Origin: Octopus vulgaris
Taxonomy: Eukaryota
Length of the DNA: 64,000 bases
Direction of reading: 5' to 3'
Assembly (NCBI GenBank): GCA_951406725.2
Contig: OX597815.1
Location: 44,020,001-44,084,000 of the forward strand
The notes beneath the pieces were generated by a model. The model saw only the letters and a list, made by a program, of their open reading frames with translations, had not been told where the DNA came from and did not search any database. Positions 1 through 15,097 of the stretch are shown one piece after another (positions within the stretch are counted from its first letter, which is position 1; every line of letters begins with the position of its first letter). Position numbers and translations under genes: made by a program.

Positions 1-144
1 GACTGCATATAATTTTTATTATATAATTTCTTTTTATTTTCTTATTGTTTCTCTATATTCTCCTGGCTTAATTTCCAACCTATCACTGTTTATACCTGCC
101 ATTTTGGTCGCTGGAATTATCTAGGTAGAACAACGACCTCTTCC

Positions 145-275
145 TTATCGCTGCTTTGACCTGTGGGAAGTGGTGGGCGTGGTGATGGAAGAAGCAGTGC
201 GACCGGTTAGAGACTTGGTGGTGGCGGTGTTAATAGTGGAAGTAAAGGCTATAGATAGAGGTAGTCGAGTGGAAA

Positions 276-314
<39 letters not shown>

Positions 315-373
315 CGGTGGTGGTGGTGGTGGTGGTGGTGGTGGTGGTGGTGGTGGTAGTAGTAGTGGTGGTG

Positions 374-417
<44 letters not shown>

Positions 418-734
418 GGTGGCGGTGGTAGTAGTAGTAGTAGTAGTAGCAGCAGCAGCAGTACTAGCAGTGCTGGTGGAACGAGTGGAGGACCTGGTGG
501 TGGTGATGGTGGTGGTGGTAAAGATAGCGGTGGTGGCAGTAGTGGTGGTGATGGTAATGCTGGTGCTGGTGCTGGTGTTGGAGTTCGCAGACCTGCTGGT
601 GATTGTGGTAAAAGTTGTGGTGGTAGTGGTGAGACGTATTGGTGGTGGTAAACAGGTGGCGGTGGTGATACTACTACTGCTACCGTTGCTGAACGTAGTC
701 GTGACCGCGGTGGTGGCTGTAGGAGGAGTTGTTG

Positions 735-766
<32 letters not shown>

Positions 767-1010
767 GGTGGTGGTGGTGGTGGTGGTGGTGGAAGTGGTG
801 GTGGTGGTGATGTAGTTGTTCATATTGTCTGTAGTGCTTGCGGCGACGGTGATGGAACTTTTTTGCGTTGTGGTTGTTGGATATAGAAGTGGTGGTGATG
901 GTGACGGCGAAGGAGTAGTGTTCTTGATGATGGTTGGGCGGTTGCGAAGAGGAGGTAACGGTCATAGTGGTGGTGGCGGTGGTGGTGGTGGTGGTGGTGG
1001 TGGTGGGGTA
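145..1010. repeat. Degenerate (GGT/AGT/GTT)n trinucleotide low-complexity tract
   Basis: Runs of gtagta/gtggtg/gttgtt give poly-V, poly-P/L/H and Thr-rich frames. Similar tracts occur at 5840-6100 and 8400-8900. Confidence 0.8.
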
Positions 1011-1024
1011 ATGTTTCTGGCATA

Positions 1025-3075
1025 ATCATTAGCACCCCGAGCAAAATGCTTAGCGGCATTTCGTCCGTCTTTGCGTTCTGAGTTCAATTTCCGCCGAGGG
1101 GTCGAGCCTTTCGGGGTCGAGAAAATGGGTATCAGTCAAGCATTGGAATCGATATAATCGATTTGTCCCCTCCCCTAAAATTTCGAGCCTTGTGCCTTTA
1201 GTAGAAAGGATTGTTAATCGTAAAGTATAAGGCAGCGAGCTGGCAGAATCGTTAGCACACCGGGAAAATGCTTAGCGGCATTTCGTTCGTCCTTAAGTTC
1301 TGAGTTCAAATTCCACCGATGTATACTGTGCCTTTCATCCTTTTGGGGATAAAATAACTTTGCCTTTCTTCTAAAACGAGAGTTTCCAAATTGGTCAATA
1401 TCGCCCCCTGAGGTGTGGTGGGACTATTCAAGAGGTCGATAAATGCCTGAAACTGCACATCTACTTAATTAGTATTTATTTATTTTCTTATATATGCCTG
1501 GGGGTTGATATGGGGTCAAGGGTTCCATGAAGAGGTCGATGGTCTAAAAAGTTTGGGGACCTCTGATCTAAAAAGATGAAAGGCAAAGTATCAGTTGAGC
1601 ACTGGGGTCGATGTAAGCGACTTGTCCCCCACCCTCTAAAAAGTTTAAGGAACTGTGCATATTGTAGAAGCGATTATTTGCCATAAAGAAAAAGCAGCGA
1701 ATTGGCAGAATCGTTAACGCACCGAACAAAATGCTTAGCTGCATTTTGTCCTTGTTTACGTTCTGAGTTCAAATTCTGCAGAGGGCACTTAAATTTGCCC
1801 TTAATCTTTTCGGTGACGATTAAATAAACACTAAGCAAGTACTGGAGTTAATGTGATCGACTAAGCTCCCACCCCTTAAAACTGTTGCCCATGTGCCAAA
1901 AAAAAAAAAAAAGGCAGCGAGTTGGCAGAATTGTTAGCAGCCGGGCGAAATGCTTAGCAGTATTTCGTCTGCCGTTACGTTCTGAGTTCAATTTCCGCCG
2001 AGGTCGACTTTGCCTTTCGTCCTTTCGGGGTCGATTAAATAAGTACCAGTTACGCACTGGGGTCGATATAATCGACTTAATCCGTTTGTCTGTCCTTGTT
2101 TGTTCTCTCTGTGTTTAGCCCCTTGTGAGTAGTAAAGAAATAAGTATTTTGTCTGTCTTTACGTTCTGCGTTCAAATTCCGCCGAGGTCAACTTTGCTTT
2201 TCATCCCCTCGGGGTCGATAAATTAAGTGCCAGTTGCGTACTGGTTCGATCTAATCCACTGGCTCCCCTTTCCCAAAATTTCGGGCCGTGTGCCTAGATT
2301 AGAAAAGAATCGTTGGCGCATCGGACAAAATGCTTAGCAACATTTCTTCCGACTCATTACGTTCTGAGTTCGAGGTCGACTGTACCTTTTATCCTTTCGA
2401 GATCGATAAAATAAAGTACCAGACAACTACAGCGCTCGATGTAATGGACTAATCCCGTCCCACTAAAAATGCTAGACTTGACCCAAAAATTGAAATCATT
2501 AAATGCGGTGAGCTGCCAGCGAGTCTACCGCGCGGGACAAAATGCTTAGTAGAGTTTCTTGCGGCTCTTTACGTTCTCAGTTCAAATACTGACTTCGCCT
2601 GACTTCGCATTTCCTATTTTCGCGCTCGATAAAATTGATACCAGTTGAGCACTGAGGGTGATGTAATCAAATAGTTCCCTCTCCCAAAACAGCTAACTTT
2701 GCTCTTATAGTAGAAAGAAATATAAGTTGTGCTAGTGGATTTAGAACAATCTTTTAAAGTGTCGAACAAAATGACTCGTGACATTAGAATCTGTACCTTC
2801 TGAGATCAAATCCAGTCGCGATCAAATGTGTCTTTCTTTCTTTCGGGATCGATAAAATAATCTTTTCTCCTTTAGGTACAAGACTCGAAATTTGGGGGAA
2901 GGGGAACAGTCGATTAGATCGACTGCAGTACGCAACTTGTACTTAATTTTTCGACCTCGAAAGGATGAAAGGCAAAAGTCGAACTCGGCGGAATTTGAAG
3001 TCTGAACATAAAGACAGACGAAACACCGCTAAGCATTAAGCCCGGCGTGCAAGCGTTTATGCCAGCTCGCCGCCT
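1025..3075. mobile_element. Cluster of tRNA-headed SINEs with Meta-domain-like core (family A); mostly + strand, one - strand copy at ~2870-3075
   Basis: Repeated head aggcggcgagctggcagaatcgttagc (A-box-like), gagttcaaattc (B-box), and core gaggtcgactttgcctttcatcctttcggggtcgataaa resembling the Sauria/MetaSINE domain. Confidence 0.85.
1380..1570. mobile_element. Possible decayed hAT-type MITE inside the SINE cluster
   Basis: Right end aaaaagtttggggacctctgatcta resembles Charlie-like termini; the left end (agtttccaaa) is degenerate. Confidence 0.35.
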
Positions 3076-3139
3076 TTGGGAGCAATAAAATAATGCACTA
3101 CTCAAGTACTAGTATCGACTTAATTGACTGACCTGCCCA

Positions 3140-3455
3140 CTTCACATTAATTAACCTTATATCTATATGGAAAACAACGTATCGAAACAATTAGTAGTAC
3201 TGGACAACAGCCATGCTTGAGCGTTCCCTTGAAGGGTTTATTCGAACAAATAGACCCCAGTATATATTTTAAATCTGCTACTTATGTTATCGTTCTGTTT
3301 TGCCGAAAAGCCAAGTTACGAGGATGTAAACAAACCAATATTGATTGTCAAGTGACTGTGGAGAACAAGCAATCATTAACACACACATACATACAAATAT
3401 CAAATTTACTTAGTTAAAAGCAATACAGGTACCTATATATTAATATATAAATGAT
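3140..3455 (+). repeat. ~300-bp local direct duplication, copy 1 (copy 2 at 4641-4943, continuing at 5337-5358)
   Basis: Near-identical sequence; spurious ORFs 3217..3417 and 4719..4919 are almost the same translation. Confidence 0.95.
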
Positions 3456-3704
3456 ACAAGTTCATTGATACTGTACTGTGAAAGGTACTAATCTATGCAA
3501 AGTACCACTAAAAATGTCTGGTGAGCACGGTAATTTGAAGTTCATGCTCGTAAATTAGTGCGGCTTATGAGATTCCGGACCATCAGTATCCAGAAAGTTG
3601 GTACCTGTATCAGTCAAGTGGTGGAGTCAATACAGATGAATACTTCGCTATACCCCAAATGTCTTCATCTTGTATATAAAGTCATTATTATTAGTGAAGA
3701 AAGG

Positions 3705-4505
3705 TAAGGCGGTGAGGTAACAGAATCGTTAGCACGCCGGAGAAAGTGCTTGGTGGCATTTCGTCCGTCTTTACATTTTGTGTTCAAATTCCACCGTGGT
3801 CCGACTTTGCCTTTCATCCTTCCGTGGTTGATAGAATATGTACCAGTCAAGTACTGGGGTCGATGTAATCGATTAGCCTACGCCTCCAAAATTTCAGGTC
3901 TTGTACCTATGATAGAAAAGATTATTAGTGAAGTAAGGGCGCTGAGCTACTAGAATCTTTACCACGACGGAGAAATGCTTAGCGGCATTTGTTCCTGCTC
4001 TACATTCTGAGTTCAAATTCCGAGGTTGACGTTGCCTTTCATCCTTTCGATGCTGATAAAATAAGCACTAGTTGAGCACTGGGGTCGGTGTAATTGACTC
4101 CCCACTGCCCTCAAAAAATGCTCGCAAGCAGAATCATTACTACGCTGGACGAAATGCTTAGCAGCATTTCTTCCAGCTCTACATTCTGAGATCAAATTCT
4201 GCTGATATCGACTTTGAGTACAGGGTTCGATGTAATTGACTAACCCCCTTCCAGCAAAATTTCAAGACGTGTGCCTTGTTTGCTACCTTCACTTATTTGT
4301 GAAGTTAAAGGTGATGCGCTGTCAGAATCGTTAAATATGCTTAACAACATTTTAGGGTTTCTGCTGGCTCTCTAAGTTCTGAGTTCACTTTCCACCGAGG
4401 TCGACTTTGTCATTCACCCTTTCGGAACTGGTAAAATAAAGTACTAGTCAAGTACTGGAATCGATGCAAACGATGTGTCCTCTTCCCTTAAATCTGCTGA
4501 CCTTG
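3705..4505 (+). mobile_element. Tandem decayed family A SINE copies
   Basis: Repeated gaatcgttag...gagttcaaattcc...gactttgcctttcatcc motifs. Confidence 0.8.
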
Positions 4506-4943
4506 AATCTTGCGCTGTTCAGGGAAAGGTTATGATCCCTGTCATTTACACGCCGTGGAAACCCGGGTAACCGGCCTTGTACGTCCTAGTGGTGAGGGGC
4601 AAACACATTATGATTAGTGAAGTTAGAAGTTAGAAGGGGGACTTCACATTAATTAACCTTATATCTATATGGAAAACAATGTATCGAAATAATTAGTAGT
4701 ACTGGACAACAGCCATGCTTGAGCGTTCCCTTGAAGGGTTTATTCGAACAAATAGACCCCAGTATATATTTTAAGTCTGCTACTTATGTTATCATTCTCT
4801 TTTGCCGAAAAGCCAAGTTACGAGGATGTAAACAAACCAATACTGATTGTCAAGTGACTGTGGAGAACAAGCAATCATTAACACACACAGACATACAAAT
4901 ATTAAATTTACTTAGTTAAAAGCAATACAGGTACCTATATATT

Positions 4944-5336
4944 TTTTTTTTTGGAAGCACTCCGTCGGTTACGACGACGAGGGTTCCGGTTGATCCGAAT
5001 CAACGGAACAGCCTGCTCGTGAAATTAACGTGTAAGTGGCTGAGCACTCCACAGACACGTGTACCCTTAACGTAGTTCTCGGGGATATTCAGCGTGACAC
5101 AGACAGTGACAAGGCCGGCCCTTTGAAATACAGGTACAACAGAAACAGGAAGTAAGAGTGAGAGAAAGTTGTGGTGAAAGAGTACAACAGGGATCACCAC
5201 CATCCCCTGCCGGAGCCTCGTGGAGCTTTTAGGTGTTTTCGCTCAATAAACACTCACAACGCCCGGTCTGGGAATCGAAACCGCGATCCTATGACCGCGA
5301 GTCCGCTGCCCTAATCATTGGGCCATTGCGCCTCCA
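4944..5336 (-). mobile_element. Full-length tRNA-headed SINE (family C) with poly-A tail and 9-bp TSD
   Basis: Minus strand begins ggaggcgcaatggcccaatgattagggcagcggac...ggtttcgattccc. T-run at 4942-4952; TSD ctatatatt at 4935-4943 and 5337-5345. Confidence 0.9.
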
Positions 5337-6318
5337 CTATATATTAATATATAAATGGTATAGTTCTCTTTTCTTATTCTCTTTAATAGCATTACAGAAT
5401 CGTTAACGCGTCGGACAAAAAACTGACCAGCATTTCTTCTAGCTCTCTAACGTTTTGTATTCAAATTTCACCAAGGTCGATTTTTCCCTTTATAATTTTA
5501 GAATCGACAAAATAAGTAACGGTTAAAGACAATGATGTCATTGTTAACCTTGTACTAAAATTAGATAAAAAAAAGTCAGCATTACAGAAGTTAGATAACA
5601 AGAAGTTTGTATTACTAGTACTTATTTTTGTTGTTGTTGTTGTTGTTTGTCTTCTGTTCAATCCTGATTAAAGGCGTTCCAGCTGTAACTACCTCGTATA
5701 TATTTCCCGGAAAAGTATAACCGGATTACAATTTTATAAAGAAAGTAGGATGTGATTTCAAAGAATTTGGGTAGCTATTTCCAGCAAATCTAGTGTGCAT
5801 GTTAAAACCTATATTATTAACTCACAGGAGTGACGGTAATTGACTGAGGGAGCGATAGTAGTGGTGATGGTGGTGGTAGTGGTTGTGGTGGTGGTGGTGG
5901 TGGTGATGGTGTTGGTGCTGGTGGTGGCGGCGGCGGTAGGAATGATAGTAGTTGAGCACAGCAGTGGTGGTAGAAGTGGTGTTATTAATAATAATGGTGG
6001 GTGTGGAGAAATTGGTAATAGTAATGGTGGGTGATTGTTGTTGTTATTGATGGTGGTGGTAGTGGTGGTGGTGCTGACTGATGTGGAGGTGTGGTTGTGA
6101 CGTCTATGAAGATGGTCTAGTTCTCTTTTCTTATTCTCTTTAATAAAGTCTCACCGACTCTCTTTCTTTCAATCCCCCTCTCCCTTTCTCCTCCGTCTAC
6201 CGCTTTCTTTTTTTCTGATTACCCCTCACATCCTCACTTGTTCATGCTTTGTATTTGAGTGTGTGCAGGTGCATGTACGGATATGTGTATGTGCGTGGAT
6301 ACGTGTGTGTGTGTGTGT

Positions 6319-6380
<62 letters not shown>

Positions 6381-6687
6381 GTCTTTGTGTATAACTTGGC
6401 TAACTCCAACTCAATACTCCTATTCCAGATATTCGCTTTTGATCCTCATACACATTTATCCATTTAGCTATTCACACACACACATAAACTAGGGGATGGC
6501 TACTGACATTAAGCTTAAGGATTATATGATTGATTGATTCTAGTTTCAGCTCATGAGCTGTGGCCATGCTGGGGCACCGCCATATAATGAACAAGTATAA
6601 AGAAAGAATTAGAGAAAAAAAGGACTTATTATATTGAGAGTTATCGATAATATCAAGTGGAAATAGGGGGTGCTGCAGACCATAAAG

Positions 6688-6736
<49 letters not shown>

Positions 6737-6896
6737 TCACATTCTGTGTATATATATATATATCTGTAAATGTAATATGTGACAATTATTCGGTAGCCAT
6801 GATAAAACTCCAAATTCCTCCATTTACATAATGTCGAGGTCTCTTTCTTTCTTTTGTTGTCTTACCATTTTTATCAATATATATATATATATATAT

Positions 6897-8255
<1,359 letters not shown>

Positions 8256-9382
8256 GTAGAAAAATGAAAGAAAAGCAGACAAACAGGAAAATAGAAAGAT
8301 TGATTGAGGGAAATTAAGCGAAAAATACGAACAATAGATTGACAGATGATTGGATACTTAAGATACAAACTAGATACAAACAAGAAAGAAAATTTGCAGA
8401 ATGAAAACCATCACATGCACCTGCACTGCGCCCATACCTCCTCGACCTTGCCGCAGCCATTTTTGCCACAACCCTAGCCACCGTAGCCACTGCCATTACA
8501 CCATGACACCCTTTATTACTAATAACATCAACAAAAACAACTTCCATAGCAACCACAGGCCCCTCCCCATCTTCAGTTGCTATTAGACTGCTTCAATCAC
8601 CTCTATCATTATTCTTGCAACTGCAACTGCAACTACTGAGGTCATAGTCACTACTTCCACTAACACCTCTACAACCACCACCACAACCATCACCCCTATC
8701 ACAACCACCACCATCACCACCACCGCCACCATCACCGGCACCATCACCACCACCACCACCACTATCAAATCATAAGTCAGTAACTATAGCTAGCGAGGTC
8801 ACTATCATTAACACCACCAACACCATCACCACCATCGTCAGCCACTACCATATTTATTTACCACACACCAGCACCTTCTACACCTTCAGGTGTCGCAATC
8901 CCCACCCCACACACACACACTACTATAGTTATGCTTCACTGAGTTCTGCCAGTTGTTACCAACACGGCAAACACCACCAAGAAAGAAGGATGCCCCTCCG
9001 TGATCAATCGATCTATCCACTAGAAATAGTAACCAAATCTCACTCAAATCTCAGATCTTGCCGTCCTACATAAAAAATACATATTTGATAATGTAAGTTC
9101 TGGATAAACTATACTTTGGATAGGAGTCTAGATTGTCACAGCAAATGTGCCTTTAACTTTTTTTAAAGTTTTCTTTATTTTGCCCCCGATTAGGTTTGAC
9201 GTTACCTGGCTCAAAACAACATCAACAACAGAGACGATACGAGAAGTCGTTATCCCAACCATGGGTAACCTATTCAAGAAGCAGGCTGCATGAGACGTGA
9301 GTAATCATCTACAACTAAATAATTCATGATATTTTTCATTTAGGCGTGCCTAAAAGTTAAAAGTTTTATTACTACGCCTGTA

Positions 9383-9770
9383 AGGCGGCGAGCTGGCAGA
9401 ATCGTTAGCACGCCGGGGGAAATACTTAGCGATATTTCGTCTGTCGCTACGTTCTGAGTTCAAATTCCGCAGAGGTCGACTTTGCCTTTCATCCTTTCGG
9501 GGTCGATTAAATAAGTACCAATTACGCACTGGGGTCGATGTAATCGACTTAATCCGTTTGTCTGTCCTTGTTTGTCCTCTCTGTGTTTAGCCCCTTGTGG
9601 GTAGTAAAGAAATGGGTATTTCATCTGTCTTTATGTTCTAAGTTCAAATTCGGCCGCGGCCGACTTTGCTTTCATCCTTCGGGGTCGATGAAGTAAGATC
9701 CAATTTAGCACTGGGGTCGATGTAATCCACTAGCCTCGTCCTACCAAATTTCAGGCCTAATACTTATAGT
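9383..9770 (+). mobile_element. Family A SINE, dimeric form
   Basis: Full head and tail ending gtgggtagtaaagaaat, then re-entry at ggtatttcatctg. Confidence 0.85.
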
Positions 9771-12309
9771 GGGACTGACTATAACTATGGCTGTAACTAG
9801 TTTCTTCTTCAGTCATTACTAGTAGTAGCAGTAGTAATAGTTACCTTGAAAATATTCCTACCTTCTCTTGACAGCAAGAACAACTAAGCGGTTGTAAAAC
9901 ATATAGTATAGTTTGTGATAATGTATTTGAAGGCAGAGGGTAATAATCTAAAACTAACTAGAAAGTAAATATGTGATGAAAGAACAATATTAGTGAATAA
10001 CTAATATTGTTTTTATTGTTTTGGTAAGTGCAAGCTATTACTTTGGACATATTTAAACCTTATTACGATTTAATCAGCGTAGCACAGACTTCATCGTATT
10101 TGTTGAAAATGTGTTGAAAGAATTACTAATTAATTATTAAAACAATGTGCATGACTGCACAAAATCTAAGCGTAGGTAAACAGAATTGTTTAGAGAATAG
10201 TCAAATTATGCGCTGAAGTATATATCACGTAATAGTAGACTGCACTGCACATTGCTAAATTGCTGCATAATTAAATTACACTAATGATGTTTATACTACA
10301 TTGCATTGTACAAACAAAGATAAATCTCCACGTGAATTATATAGCGGGAAACAAGATTTTTCTGTCATTTTTTAAATGGTAGTTATCTACTCTTGACTAA
10401 GGTAGTGATTCTCAATCTGACTGACATTAATTTTTCAGTCTTTACGTTGTGTTCAAATTCCGCCGAGGTTTACTTTTCGTTTCATCCTATTGGGATCGAT
10501 AAAATAAGCACCAGCTGAACTCTGGGTTTCATGCAATCGACTAAAGCCCTCCCCCAAAGTTCAGGCTTTGTGCTTGTAATAGAAAAAAAAATATATATAA
10601 GCTTGTAAATTGTCTCTGATTTAAGCATAAGGCCAACAATTGTGAGATGAGGTGGCTACTAAAGGGGTGAAAGTTGACGTTGCCGTTATTTGAACCCAGA
10701 ATGTAGAGTCAAAAAAGTTACCTACACTCCAACGAATCAGTCAATCCTCCGAGAAAACAAACTGGAACAGGCATACATAATTCTTTCCTTACCACACATT
10801 TTACAATACTTACTGACCCCACCTCAGAGATGTCACAAGATTGAAGGTCTTATGAAACATCTTAAACATTTAATAATCATCTCTGGTGTATACCACACAG
10901 CCACAAATTTCAAGGGCGAGTAAAGTCGAAATCGACCGCGAAATATAAAAGGGAAGGTTTAAACCAGTGAGATTTCAACTTAAAATCATTAAACGACATG
11001 CAGATTTTCAGATAATTCTGTCATAAGTATATTCTTTCAAAATCTTTTCGGAACTCTCTTATCTTTTAGTCAATATGAAGAACTTTTGCACTGCAACAAC
11101 AACTTTCTCATCAGTTTTAAGAAATTTGAAGAATATCTTGTTTCTTTGGAATCATTACGCCAGCTTTTATAACAGAATTTTGGTGTCATACTTAAGCAAA
11201 AGGCCTGACCTTTATAAAGGGCGATAATGAATATGTATGACATTTGTATCTTTCTAATAGTTATTATTGGCAAAAGTAGATCAGTTGAGTTGGAAGAATA
11301 GTCGGATGCTAAACTTAATTTTCGGAGTGTTTAATAATGTGTTTCTTGAAGTCCAAATTCCAAATGGTGCTTCATTTGTGAAGGTGGAGACCTGGTAAAA
11401 TCGTTAGCATACCAGATACAATACTTATGTCTTTACGCTCTGATTTCAAATTCCGCTGAGGTCGACTTTGCCTTTCATCCTTCGCGGTAGATAAAGTACC
11501 AGTGGATCACAGGAATCGATGTAATCGACTAGGCTCTTCTTTCTTCAAAATTTCTGGCCTTTTGCCTACGGCAGAATGGATGATTGGCAAACGTGAAATA
11601 ATTGTCCTCGACGGTCAATTATAACTATTGCAGATTCAACATTCTGAAGGTCTGCTTCAGCGTTATGATTCACACAATTTATACCTACTTGATTAAGTAA
11701 CAAGTAATGTCAAACTAATGCGAAGAATTCAACCTATTGTCCAAGAAATAAGCATCAATGCAGTGACTGTATTCGCTTTTATAATCAAGTATGCGCTGTC
11801 CTGGATACTAGACATGGTCTGACATTGTCTACTCGACCTATCTAATTGGAGGTTTACGACAGTTGAAACCACTTATTCGTAATGTTTTCTTCCGATCTTA
11901 AATATAAAAATAATATACTAGAACTTAATTGTAATTAATAGACAGCCAGGAAGAAATTAATTATTGTCAAAAATGTGTTACAAGCAAGCTTAAGTGCCCG
12001 TCTTCAACGACGTTACGAATGCTCACAAATAGATATTGTTACCGATTGAAATTCTTTACCTTAAACTATATTTCATATTAACTCAGGAGACTTCATCATC
12101 GTCAGACCGATCCCAATATCAAAGTGACACTTTTCATTTTTTCTATCTGGTATGATGAATTGTAAAGTTCACTACAGTAGCATTAAGCGTTTTAACTAAA
12201 TCCAACACATCATTCTGTTAGATGTCCAACCGATTATCCAATACACAGCTATTAAATATATTGCTAATATTGCTTCCATTAAAAGATTAAAATACGAAAT
12301 ATTACATAT

Positions 12310-12724
12310 TATTTCTTTATTACCCACAAGGGGCTAAACACGGAGAGGACAAACAAGGACAGACAAACGGATTAAGTCGATTATATCGACCCCAGTGCGT
12401 AACTGGTACTTATTTAATCGACCCCGAAAGGATGAAAGGCAAAGTCGACCTCGGCGGAATTTGAACTTAGAACGTAGTGGCAGACGAAATACCTATTTCT
12501 TTATTACCCACAAGGGGCTAAACACGGAGAGGACAAACAAGGACAGACAAACGGATTAAGTCGATTATATCGACCCCAGTGCGTAACTGGTACTTATTTA
12601 ATCGACCCCGAAAGGATGAAAGGCAAAGTCGACCTCGGCGGAATTGGAACTCAGAACATAACGGCAGACGAAATACGGCAACGCATTTCGTCCGGCGTGC
12701 TAACATTTCTGCCAGCTCGCCGCC
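12310..12724 (-). mobile_element. Family A SINE dimer with 23-bp TSD
   Basis: Two near-identical ~185-bp units; TSD ttaaaatacgaaatattacatat at 12287-12309 and 12725-12747. Confidence 0.9.
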
Positions 12725-13630
12725 TTAAAATACGAAATATTACATATATAGTGTGTTACCTCGCTCTTTTCTCTTTTTATTCATGCTTCCTTTCGAAGCT
12801 TTTGTTTACAATTCCAATTGCAATGATTTACTAAAAGTGTAAACAGGCAAATATACCAGGGAAAAACATAAATAAAAAACAAAATGAAAACACTTGAAGT
12901 ATGCAGCGTAGACCTATTATCTAAATCTTATTTTTGCTCTTGTTATAAGTGGTTCGTAATGTCAATGAATAGAGGTGGGTGACGTGGGAGCAATAAATCT
13001 GCTGACATTACACACAAGAATAATACCTGCAGTCGGCGCCCTAATTCCAGATAAAACAAGGCATAAATCACTGCTATTATGAGCAATGTGAAAATAATTT
13101 ATCTACGGAGTAGCTTCTTTGAAATTCTCACCTTTGGTCATCGTTGCTCTATTTGACTATTCACGTTGTTCCTGTTTAGCCTCGATAGATTCATTTGATC
13201 TATGAGCAAAAGCATTCCAGCTATAATTTTGCCTTTTTATTTCAGGATTAGTATGTCTTGAACCACAGTATCCAATATGGCCCCTTGTTTTTTTTTTCTT
13301 TAGACTGCAGAATGTCTTACGAGAAAGATCTAGCTTCTATTTCTAGCTGCATGTGCAAACACATACTGACAGTCTCGTTTGCTCGTATCAACATGTTTGT
13401 TGTTTCAGTGAACCGTTAGCGTTGATTATTAGTTGTTTATTCTTAAAGACACGAAAAATAGCAGGCAGAAATGCGAGAAAGAAAGATAGAATAAAAAGAA
13501 ATTAAGAAAATAATGAAAAATATGTCAAGGATCAAATGAAATAACGATTTTTCATTGGTCAAAATACTGGAATAAATAACCTGCCGTAGTATCGAAGTTA
13601 TTAAACTTCACAGAATGATTTACATAAACC

Positions 13631-14430
13631 CTCATTATTTATAGGAAAGGGTTCAAGAGGAATCTAATCCAAAACTGGCACGGGTCGCTGTACTCTTCTG
13701 GTACTTTCGACAACCTAATTCTGGAAAGCAGTTTCGAACTTTTCTAATTCTGGCCATAGATGTTGTTTAACTCCCAAGTCTGTCCCAGTGGTGAAGAATT
13801 TTGATCAAAGGAACAGCTTGTTCAATGTCTTATGGTATTTAGAACTCATTCCACGCATTCGGGGTCATATCAATATTACCGATTCCAATCAAACGTCGCT
13901 CTTTTCAAGCCTAACCAGGCTCATGGGCCTGGTTTCCCGGTTTCTGTGGCGTATGTGTCCCCCCTCCCAGTTGGACGGGACACCAGTCCATCGCAGCGTT
14001 ACTCAAGAAACAGGAATAGAGAGAAAGTTGTGGCGAAAGAGTACAACAGGGGTCACCACCAACCCCTGCCGGAGCTTCGTGGAGCTTTTAGGTGTTTCCG
14101 CTCAATAAACACACACAGCGCCCGGTCTGGGAATCGAAACTGCGATCCTCCGACCGCGAGTCCGCTGCCCTAACCACTGGGCCATTGCACCTCCACCGAT
14201 TCCAATAACTCTCATTATTTCTAGGAAAGGATTCAAGAGAAATCTAATTCAAAACTAGTACGGATCGCTGTACACTTCTGGCACTTTTGACAACCCGATT
14301 CTTGAAAGTAACTTTTCTGTTTTTGGCTATAGATGTTGTTTAACACCCAAGTCGGTCCCAATGAAGCAGAATTTTGATCAACGGAAAAGCTTGCTCATTC
14401 TCTTATGGTATTTAGACGCCTTCTACACAT
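13631..14430 (+). repeat. Diverged ~220-240-bp tandem duplication (13631-13870, 14211-14430) separated by a SINE insertion
   Basis: Both units begin ctcattattt-taggaaagg-ttcaagag and run to cttatggtatttaga. Confidence 0.85.
13890..14194 (-). mobile_element. Family C SINE with alternative 3' tail and 12-bp TSD
   Basis: Same head as 4944-5336; TSD accgattccaat at 13878-13889 and 14195-14206. Confidence 0.9.
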
Positions 14431-14666
14431 TCTGAATTCAGATGTCACCGAAGTTCACGTTGCCTTTCACCCATAAAGCCTGTCTTCATTTTTCGGACAT
14501 ACTTTATTGAGGACTGCTTAGTGACCCACCTTTTGAAAGTTGTTTAGTACAACAACATAAAGGGTTCTTCATTGGCTTCGGACTTTAGCTAAATCGCTTG
14601 CAGAAAGAAACTTTTCACCGTTCTCCACAATGTTGAAATACAATTGTTACAAGAAATTTGTATCTG

Positions 14667-14739
<73 letters not shown>

Positions 14740-14800
14740 CACGTACACATGCACACAGATATATAGGTCTCTCTTTATATATATATATATATATATATAT

Positions 14801-14911
14801 TGGCCTGCTCGCTTAGCCAGCGGGGTGGCGTCATTCGAAAGCTAAAACAATGCGAACGCATTGTGACCAGCGATGTGTAACAACATCTGAGGGTCTGGGC
14901 GGTCATGTGAT

Positions 14912-14918
<7 letters not shown>
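14801..14918 (+). repeat. ~115-bp structured interspersed repeat in (TA)n (second copy 35095-35206, - strand)
   Basis: Both copies start at tggcctgctcgcttagcc and contain the hairpin acaatgcg/cgcattgt. Confidence 0.8.
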
Positions 14919-14953
<35 letters not shown>

Positions 14954-15097
14954 TATACACAAACACACACTCACACATGCACGCATACATACACACACAT
15001 ACATACATATATATATTAAGAAAAAGAGGCAGAATATTGGATTATCCAAAATTCTGACTGCTTCCATTTTCTTAATATACAATATCTGTACATCACA

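Noticed and set aside
9194-9296. AG...GTGAGT-bounded exon-like segment containing ccATGG MGNLFKKQAA
   Set aside because: The ATG frame stops after 10 codons, the 5' half overlaps an old repeat tail, and there are no supporting neighbouring exons.
14801-14860. HDV-like ribozyme at the start of the 115-nt module
   Set aside because: Only ~11 nt lie between the putative P1 strands, too short for P2/P3/L3.
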